DNA of 64,000 nt. Origin: Casimicrobium sp. (GTDB taxonomy: Bacteria > Pseudomonadota > Gammaproteobacteria > Burkholderiales > Casimicrobiaceae). The stretch spans positions 9,615-73,614 of the forward strand of contig DAINAJ010000001.1 of the NCBI GenBank assembly GCA_036733505.1, read 5' to 3'. This document shows positions 57,520 through 64,000 of the stretch, in pieces. Numbering within the stretch: position 1 is the stretch's first letter; each line of letters starts with the position of its first letter. The position numbers and the translations under genes were made by a program. A model generated the notes under the pieces. That model worked only from the letters and a program-made list of their open reading frames with translations. It did not search any database and had not been told where the DNA came from.

Positions 57520-58230
57520 CTACCGCTTGCGAAAGACCAGATCGCGAACTTCGTGGCCGAGCTTTAGGCCGCGCAACTCAAACTTGGTTTCCGGTCGCCA
57601 TTCGGGACGTGGCGCGTAGTCGGCGGCAGTATTTTTCAAAGTCGGTTCCGCCGAGAGCACTTCCAGCATTTGCTCGGCGTAAGGCACCCAGTCCGTCGCG
57701 AGATGCAAGTAGCCTTCAGGACGCAGGCGTGATGCGAGCAGCGCGACCAACGGAGCCTGCACCAAGCGTCGCTTGTTATGGCGCTTTTTGTGCCATGGAT
57801 CAGGGAAGTAAACGTGCGCGCCCGCGAGCGAATCGGGCGCGATCATGTGTGTCAAAACTTCAACCGCGTCATGCTCCATCACACGTACGTTGGTGAGACG
57901 CTGTTCGTCGAGCAGATTGCACAAATTCCCCACACCGGGCGGGTGCACTTCGACGGCGATGAAATTCGTGTCGAGCCGCGCAGCGGCGATGGCGGCTGTG
58001 GTCATGCCCATACCAAAGCCGATCTCCAACACGGTGGGCGCGTCGCGTCCGAACGCGACTACATAGTCGAGCGCCGTCGGTTGAAACAGCAACCCATGCC
58101 GGGCCATGCCCTCCGTCAGGCCGCGTTCCTGCTTCGCGGTCATGCGCCCGGCACGCACGACAAAACTACGAATGCGGCGCTTTCGCGGATCTTCCACCAT
58201 CACCGAATCGTCTGTCGCGTCACTATTCAC
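57520..58230 (-). CDS. trmB: tRNA (guanine-N7)-methyltransferase
   Basis: [40 protein letters not shown]. Confidence 0.96.
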   Translation of the reverse strand: MNSDATDDSVMVEDPRKRRIRSFVVRAGRMTAKQERGLTEGMARHGLLFQPTALDYVVAFGRDAPTVLEIGFGMGMTTAAIAAARLDTNFIAVEVHPPGVGNLCNLLDEQRLTNVRVMEHDAVEVLTHMIAPDSLAGAHVYFPDPWHKKRHNKRRLVQAPLVALLASRLRPEGYLHLATDWVPYAEQMLEVLSAEPTLKNTAADYAPRPEWRPETKFELRGLKLGHEVRDLVFRKR

Positions 58231-58261
58231 TGTTCAACACTCACCGTTCACTATAGACGCG

Positions 58262-58918
58262 TTAAGGTAACAGCACCGTCCAACGCGGATCATTCATTTC
58301 CAAATTCATCGAAGCCTGCTTTCCCGCTTCGGTGTAATCCACCACCAAGCGACGTGGCGAACCCCACGTGGCGCCCGCATCAGTCCAAGGAGTGCGCGGT
58401 GAAAACACGCGCTCGCGCGCAGGGCCCCGGCGCTCAAACCGCCAAACGGCGAGCCGGTTTTCACAGCCGTCGCTACAAAAATCAACCGTCAAAAAATAGC
58501 GTCCATCGCTGTTAAAAAACGGCTCGTTCGGCAACTCAGTCGTAGAAAGCGTAGAGCGCTGCACAAGCACGAAATCGATCTTGTCGGCCTGTGCGCGAAA
58601 CAACACCACCGCATCCGCGATCGCGTTGTACGCGTAGAAACTGTGGTTTGGGCCTGCTTCGCCCGGCTTATCCGCAAACAGGAATGGCGGCTCGCCCGGA
58701 ACCATCACCGCTAATAGATCGCCATCGCGCTTAACCACGCCACCGGCATTTTTCAACTGCACCGCCTCTAGACGTTTCCCGCAATCGGCGGGATCAGCGG
58801 TGTTGGCGCAGAGCTTTGCGTATTGCTCAGCGCTGGGCGCGGGCACGCTTGCGGGCGACTGTGCGGACGCAACGGTCGCGCAAAACGCGGAGGAGATTAG
58901 GAGGGCAAATAAGCGCAT
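58262..58918 (-). CDS. Secreted hypothetical protein
   Basis: Signal peptide MRLFALL...ASA; two Cys pairs; beta-rich. Confidence 0.7.
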   Translation of the reverse strand: MRLFALLISSAFCATVASAQSPASVPAPSAEQYAKLCANTADPADCGKRLEAVQLKNAGGVVKRDGDLLAVMVPGEPPFLFADKPGEAGPNHSFYAYNAIADAVVLFRAQADKIDFVLVQRSTLSTTELPNEPFFNSDGRYFLTVDFCSDGCENRLAVWRFERRGPARERVFSPRTPWTDAGATWGSPRRLVVDYTEAGKQASMNLEMNDPRWTVLLP

Positions 58919-58966
58919 GCGGGTATTTTCGCATTGTGACGCGTCGCGATATGACAACGTTGGTTC

Positions 58967-58996
58967 TCCTCGATTTCGCTTCACCGCATCGAGGCT
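58967..58996. repeat. Single REP-like unit related to 22973-23005
   Basis: TCCTCGATTTCGCTTCACCGCATCGAGGCT is a near-exact reverse complement of AGCCTCGATGCAGCGAAGCGGAATCGAGGA. Confidence 0.6.
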
Positions 58997-59019
58997 TCGG
59001 AAGTTATACGTCACCAAAT

Positions 59020-59051
59020 AAAAAATGCCGCCCCGCGTTAACGGGACGGCA
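59020..59051 (-). terminator. Intrinsic terminator of the zinc metalloprotease gene
   Basis: TGCCGTCCCG-TTAACG-CGGGGCGGCA followed by T6 on the minus strand. Confidence 0.75.
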
Positions 59052-59068
59052 AAGTTCGCCACGATTAA

Positions 59069-61858
59069 CTAACCCAAAACTTTTGCGATCTGCGCCTTCA
59101 GTGCTGCATCAATGAGTGCAATCGATTCGTTCAGATGCGCACGCGTCTCGATGTTTTGACCTGGCTTGCTGGCTGCGCGGCGCAATGCGACCAACAATTC
59201 CGACGCAAATTCGCGTTGCAAAGCGCGTGCATCGGCCGGCGTTCGTGGGCTCGGGCGAGCGACAGCTTCAGCCATGAGGCGCACGTGTTCCCGCTGCAAG
59301 TTGCGACGCATCAGGTTACTCGGCGCGCCACTGTCGAGCTCGCTCCAAATGGCTTTTTGTAGCGTGCTGTAAAGCTCCGCGAGCGAGAGCGCTTTGCTGC
59401 CATCCGCCATTTTTTCTGGCGCAACCAACACGCGCACCGCCACGCTGTCACGCATGAGCTGCCCCAGTGTGGCGCGCTGCACAGCGAACACGCGCGCCGC
59501 CACCGAGCTGTCAATCGGCGCAACGCGTGGCACACCAATGTCCTCGTCGGCGACGCTATCCCAGCGCGCATCAAAGTCGGGCACCAGCTTCGCGAGGAAC
59601 TCCGGCTTAAACTTAAACGCGTCTACTGCGAACACATTGCGTGCGAGCAGATTCAACGCACGGCGCTGTTGCGCGGCGTCTGTGGGCGTGAGCGGTTGAC
59701 GACCGCTGCCCGCCACGTCGCGAAGGACCGAAACACCACCGACGTATTTCGCGGCAAGCTCAGTAATCTGTCCCATCAAAATGAAGCCGCGATCAAAGTG
59801 GCGACGCAGCGTTTCGTATTTAGTGCCCGGTTCGAGTTGACGCGCTTGTGCGCGATCCCACACTTCACGAATCACCATAAAGCGCTTTTCATAAAAGCCC
59901 AGCGGGTCGCTCGACAGATCGCTGCGGTTGACATCAGGGTCAATGCCCTCAACGATCGAACCGAAGCCTGCGTCTTCATCTGTCGCGTACGCGAGCTGTG
60001 GTTCGCTCGAGCGCGAGAGCGTTTTCGCAAGTTCTGCGCGCTCCGTCTCTGGCGTCGTTTCTTTGTAGCCGTATTCAATGGCCCAAATGTCGTACGCACC
60101 GACCGTGACCATCGAGTACTGGCCTTGGCGCTCGTCTTTGGTGGCGATGTTGAGCGCGTTGTAGTCCATGACCGACGCCGACACGCCAACCTCTGCGCCG
60201 TACTTTGAGTCACGCAGCTGCTCGGACGTGACGGCCAGCGAGCCTTTGAAGTTGTGACGCAGCCCGAGTGTGTGACCCACTTCGTGCGCCGTGATGTCTT
60301 TGATCGCGTCCATCAACCACGCCTCAGCAGCGGGCGAGCCGTACTCGAACTCTCCGCGCGCCACGAGCAAATCAAGTGCGAACGCGGCTTCGGTCAACTT
60401 ATTGTCGGCATACGTGCAGAGCTCGCCCGAATTGCGGAATAACCCCGTGCCGCTGACCGGACGCGGTGGATCCTCTTTCATCCGCGCGCTGTAGAGACGG
60501 GTGATGTCTTCGTTCATTTCGATGTCAGCATCGAAAATTTCGCCCGTACGCGGATCAGTTTTGCTCGGGCCGCGCGCGCCAAACGGAACATTATTACCCG
60601 CGACCCAACGCACGGATGCAAAGCGTGTAGCGGACGTATCGAAATCATCGCCGTCAGCTTGCTGCTTCACAACGATTGCGTTCTTGAAGCCGATTTTTTC
60701 GTAGGCTTTGTTCCATTCCAAAATGCCCGCGCTCACCGCGTTGCGATACGCAGTGGGAATATTTTTATCGAGCCAATAAACAATCGGCTCTTTCGGTTCG
60801 CTCATCGCGGCTGATGGGTCTTTTTTCTCTAAGCGCCAGCGATTGATGTAGCGTGATCGCTGTTCGCGTTTGTCGGGGTCGGTAAAGTCGTTGACGCTGG
60901 TCGTGAAATAGCCCACACGCGGGTCGGCTTCGCGCGGACGCATCGGTTGTGCGGGCAACTTGGAGAAGCCGTAGTAGTAACCCATGAACAACGAACGCAT
61001 GTCAGGCAAGGTCGACGGAAAACGTGCTGGTGGCGCAGACGGGTTGGGAATCGGTGGCGGCAATGCGATGCGATTCAATTGGTAGTGGCCGCGTACTGCG
61101 AAACCTGTTTCCGTTTCGCTATTTTTTACTTGCGAGATGCTGGAATTTTTCGCGTCAAACGCATACGGCTGGCGAAACGTTTGCTCCAGCTGCTGCGCTG
61201 CCATCGGGAAGTCATTGACGAACAGTGCGTTGGCTTCAACCAATACGCTTTTCTTCTCAGGATGCGGCGCGCTAACGATCTGCGCGCTCGAAATCAAGCT
61301 GTCGGAAAACGAGCGAGCCACAGCATGGCGAATCGGCGCGTCGTTGGCCGCAGTGTAGGAGACGTTTCGCGCGATGAGTTGCACACCGTTCGCGCCAAAC
61401 TTCTTGAAGCTCGCGAAAAATTGACCGCGACCCGCTGCGAGGAATCCGCCCATATGGTTGCCATACAAGCCAGCGTCACCGATGTTGTGCGTCACGTTGA
61501 CCGAGAAGAAAAATGGCCGATCCCACATCGCTTCGGGAATTTCGATCCAGACTTTGTCGTCCTTGCGCCACGTCGTGAAGAAGCCCGCCTCTTCAGTCGC
61601 GCCTTTGATCACGTCGGCGAAGGGTTTGGCCGGAGGCGTCGCGCCTGGCGCAGTGGGCGCGCTAGGCGCAGCAGCGGCACTTGCCGCGGACTTACCGGTG
61701 GCAGCGACAGCCGTTGCAGCCGTTTGAGCCGCGGCCGCGGTTGGGGCTGTAGCCGTGCTGGCGTCTGCCGGCGCCGCGACGGTCGCGCACGCAGACAACC
61801 CAGCGGTTGCACCGATGGCGAGCATCGCGAGCGCAAGTGAACTGAGACGAAATTCCAT
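59069..61858 (-). CDS. Zinc-dependent metalloprotease (met-zincin, DUF5117/DUF4953-type), lipoprotein
   Basis: Lipobox LSAC; DPRVGYF; DPRTGEI; HEVGHTLGLRH; Met-turn SVMDY; YDIWAIEYGY. Confidence 0.9.
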   Translation of the reverse strand: MEFRLSSLALAMLAIGATAGLSACATVAAPADASTATAPTAAAAQTAATAVAATGKSAASAAAAPSAPTAPGATPPAKPFADVIKGATEEAGFFTTWRKDDKVWIEIPEAMWDRPFFFSVNVTHNIGDAGLYGNHMGGFLAAGRGQFFASFKKFGANGVQLIARNVSYTAANDAPIRHAVARSFSDSLISSAQIVSAPHPEKKSVLVEANALFVNDFPMAAQQLEQTFRQPYAFDAKNSSISQVKNSETETGFAVRGHYQLNRIALPPPIPNPSAPPARFPSTLPDMRSLFMGYYYGFSKLPAQPMRPREADPRVGYFTTSVNDFTDPDKREQRSRYINRWRLEKKDPSAAMSEPKEPIVYWLDKNIPTAYRNAVSAGILEWNKAYEKIGFKNAIVVKQQADGDDFDTSATRFASVRWVAGNNVPFGARGPSKTDPRTGEIFDADIEMNEDITRLYSARMKEDPPRPVSGTGLFRNSGELCTYADNKLTEAAFALDLLVARGEFEYGSPAAEAWLMDAIKDITAHEVGHTLGLRHNFKGSLAVTSEQLRDSKYGAEVGVSASVMDYNALNIATKDERQGQYSMVTVGAYDIWAIEYGYKETTPETERAELAKTLSRSSEPQLAYATDEDAGFGSIVEGIDPDVNRSDLSSDPLGFYEKRFMVIREVWDRAQARQLEPGTKYETLRRHFDRGFILMGQITELAAKYVGGVSVLRDVAGSGRQPLTPTDAAQQRRALNLLARNVFAVDAFKFKPEFLAKLVPDFDARWDSVADEDIGVPRVAPIDSSVAARVFAVQRATLGQLMRDSVAVRVLVAPEKMADGSKALSLAELYSTLQKAIWSELDSGAPSNLMRRNLQREHVRLMAEAVARPSPRTPADARALQREFASELLVALRRAASKPGQNIETRAHLNESIALIDAALKAQIAKVLG

Positions 61859-61882
61859 GAAAATCCCTTTACGGTGAGGTAA

Positions 61883-62000
61883 TGGCTTTATGCCTTCAGC
61901 GACAGTCTAGCGGGGTTTTCAGCGCGATTTACTAATTAGTCGACTAACGAACAAATCACGCTTTAACCCCCGTACAGCTGTCGCTGCGCGCAAAAAGGCG
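61883..62000. repeat. 118-bp dispersed palindromic intergenic element, copy E
   Basis: GTCGAC at 61939-61944 exactly central; arm motifs at the same offsets as copies A-D. Confidence 0.85.
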
Positions 62001-62127
62001 TACGCCTCAAAATATGTTTGACGCATGACTATAAATGGAACGCCGCGAACTTCAATCGATGTGGCGCATTCCTGCGACCAAGCGACGGAAACGCGGGATG
62101 AGTGACGAGGGTTCGCCTTCGCTGTGG

Positions 62128-63390
62128 TTACGCGGTGACGGCTTCAGCGCTCGCAGTGACTTCGTCCAAGTCTGCGAAAGTCAGCTCAATGGCCGCGAGC
62201 GCTTGATCCAAGGTTTCGCGCGTTACCGTAAGCGGCGGCGCGAACCGAACGACGGTGTGATGCGTGTCTTTCGAGAGCACGCAGCGTTTGAGCAGCGCCT
62301 CACAGAACACGCGGGCGCTGGCAAACTCAGGCTCCAGTTCCATCCCGATGAAAAGGCCGCGCCCGCGAACGGCACGGATGCCCGGATGACGCAGCGCGGC
62401 GAGTCTTCCGAACAAATAGTCGCCCATCAACGCTGATCGTTCCGCCAGCGCGTCGCGTTGCAACATGTTCACAGCGGCGAGCCCAACGGCGCACGCCAGC
62501 GGGTTGCCGCCGAAGGTGCTGCCGTGATCTCCGGGATTGAACACGGCCATCACTTCCTCGCAAGCGACGAACGCAGAAACCGGCAGCAATCCGCCGCCCA
62601 ACGCTTTGCCGAGAATGACGCCGTCGGGCAGGATGCCGTCATGCTGAAACCCGAAATTACGTCCGGTGCGCCCCATGCCGGTTTGCACTTCGTCGCAGAT
62701 GAGCAGCACGTTGTGTTTCGTGCAAATTTCACGCGCTTTCTTTAGGTATCCGAGCGGTGGCACGATGATGCCCGCTTCGCCTTGCACGGGCTCGACGAGA
62801 AACGCGGCAGTGCGCGGCGTGATGGCGGCTTCGAGCGCGGCTGCGTCGCCAAACGGCACCGCAACGAACCCCGGCGTAAACGGACCGAACCCGTCTTGGT
62901 ATTGTGCCTCGGAGGAGAAACTGATGACAGTGGTTGTCCGTCCGGCGAAGTTGCCCGCAGCAACAATAATTTCGGCGCTGTTGGCGGGAATGCCTTTGAC
63001 TTTATGGCCCCATTTGCGCGCCGCCTTAATCGCGGTTTCGACGGCCTCGGCACCCGTGTTCATAGGCAGCATGCGATAAAGCCCGGTGAGCTTGCACACG
63101 GCTTCGGCGAACGGTCCCAACGTGTCGGTGTAGAACGCCCGCGAAGTCACGGCGAGTTTAGCGGCTTGCGCGCACAACACAGCGAGAAGTTCCGGCTGCG
63201 CGTGACCAAAGCTCACGGCCGAATACGCGCTCATCATGTCGATGTAGCGACGGCCTTCCGTATCCCACAAGTACTCTCCTTCACCGCGCGTTAAGACGAC
63301 ACCCAGCGGCGAATAATTTTTCGCGCCGTAGCGATCTTCGAGCGAGCGAGGAGTGAGGGTTGTTGCAAAGGGGACGTTGAACTGCTGCAT
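62128..63390 (-). CDS. rocD: Ornithine--oxo-acid transaminase
   Basis: SAYSAVSFGH, LPMNTGAEAVETA, EPVQGEAG, DEVQTG, GKALGGG, HGSTFGGNP. Confidence 0.92.
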   Translation of the reverse strand: MQQFNVPFATTLTPRSLEDRYGAKNYSPLGVVLTRGEGEYLWDTEGRRYIDMMSAYSAVSFGHAQPELLAVLCAQAAKLAVTSRAFYTDTLGPFAEAVCKLTGLYRMLPMNTGAEAVETAIKAARKWGHKVKGIPANSAEIIVAAGNFAGRTTTVISFSSEAQYQDGFGPFTPGFVAVPFGDAAALEAAITPRTAAFLVEPVQGEAGIIVPPLGYLKKAREICTKHNVLLICDEVQTGMGRTGRNFGFQHDGILPDGVILGKALGGGLLPVSAFVACEEVMAVFNPGDHGSTFGGNPLACAVGLAAVNMLQRDALAERSALMGDYLFGRLAALRHPGIRAVRGRGLFIGMELEPEFASARVFCEALLKRCVLSKDTHHTVVRFAPPLTVTRETLDQALAAIELTFADLDEVTASAEAVTA

Positions 63391-63513
63391 GATGAACTGC
63401 CGTTGACTTGAAATTGTGAAGGCAGATAGTGCCCGCAAATCAACGCACTTTGGTTGCAACATGATGCACCGATTCGGCATATCATGCAGTTTTCCTGCAC
63501 ACAATCGAGAAAT

Positions 63514-64000
63514 ATGCAGCCCAGCGACAGTTCAGCGGTCGAACTAGACAAGATTGATAAGAAATTGATGGCCGTTTTGCAGAAGAGCGGTCGCGCAACC
63601 AACGTTGAGCTTTCTGACGCCGTGCATCTCTCCGCGCCGCAGTGCTTGCGCCGCGTGCGCGCACTAGAAGAGCGCGGCGTGATTCGTGGTTACGCGGCGG
63701 TTGTCGAACCCGCAAAAGTGGGGCTTGGTGTCATGGCGTTTGTGAGTCTCACGATTGATCGTTCGCAATCAAAGCGCGTGCGCCAGCTCGAACCCGAACT
63801 CGCAAAGTTTCCGGAAATCGTCGAGTGCCACACCGTGTCCGGCGAATCCGATTACTTGTTGCGCGTGGTCGCGCCCGATTTGGTCAAGCTCTCGAAATTT
63901 CTCACCGATCGCCTACTGCAGATTCCCGGTGTGGCGAGCACGCATTCGATGATCTGCATGGAAGAAATTAAACCGCTTTCGCCGCTACCATTGGACTGGG
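63514..64000 (+). CDS. Lrp/AsnC family transcriptional regulator, 3' end outside the window
   Basis: Manual translation: LDKIDKKLMAVLQKSGRATNVELSDAVHLSAPQCLRRVRALEERGVIRGY...ECHTVSGESDYLLRV; divergent from rocD. Confidence 0.92.
   Translation, partial: MQPSDSSAVELDKIDKKLMAVLQKSGRATNVELSDAVHLSAPQCLRRVRALEERGVIRGYAAVVEPAKVGLGVMAFVSLTIDRSQSKRVRQLEPELAKFPEIVECHTVSGESDYLLRVVAPDLVKLSKFLTDRLLQIPGVASTHSMICMEEIKPLSPLPLDW

Noticed and set aside
61897..61986. Long hairpin considered as 6S RNA or a riboswitch
   Set aside because: Too short and lacks recognisable motifs; explained as copy E of the 118-bp family
1..64000. rRNA, tRNA, CRISPR array, transposase or integrase
   Set aside because: None recognised by eye; intergenic gaps are short and otherwise accounted for, though small ncRNAs cannot be excluded without an Infernal/Rfam scan

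Overview
GC-rich chromosomal window from a betaproteobacterium. This is inferred from the apaG/rpe-gph-trpE-trpG-trpD-trpC synteny, the ybhP-clsB pair and the gene styles; the genus cannot be confirmed without a search. Most of the window is housekeeping: panE-type reductase, FAD oxidase, ccmABCDE+ccmG, M16/S41/zincin peptidases, ATM1-type ABC exporter, clsB, dacB, cytochrome b + c', the trp operon with a Trp-rich leader peptide, trmB and rocD/Lrp. Two things stand out. (1) A family of 118-bp dispersed intergenic palindromes: five clear copies at 19470, 31654, 44116, 55667 and 61883. Each has 56-bp arms around a central GTCGAC, and short motifs recur at identical offsets while the rest diverges. 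(2) An ~11-kb accessory island (about 3730-14880) bracketed by the intact and a decayed duplicate 5' end of the FAD-oxidase gene. It carries a TPR-AraC regulator, a TPR protein with a degenerate GGDEF domain, two paralogous IPTL-CTERM-anchored surface proteins and a duplicated 58-bp operator-like motif. I also found a macrodomain pseudogene, REP-like repeats, a secreted S74-chaperone fibre protein inserted between rpe and gph, and an SD-occluding hairpin upstream of an RRM gene. No rRNA, tRNA, CRISPR array, integrase or transposase was recognised. All calls are by eye, with no database searches.
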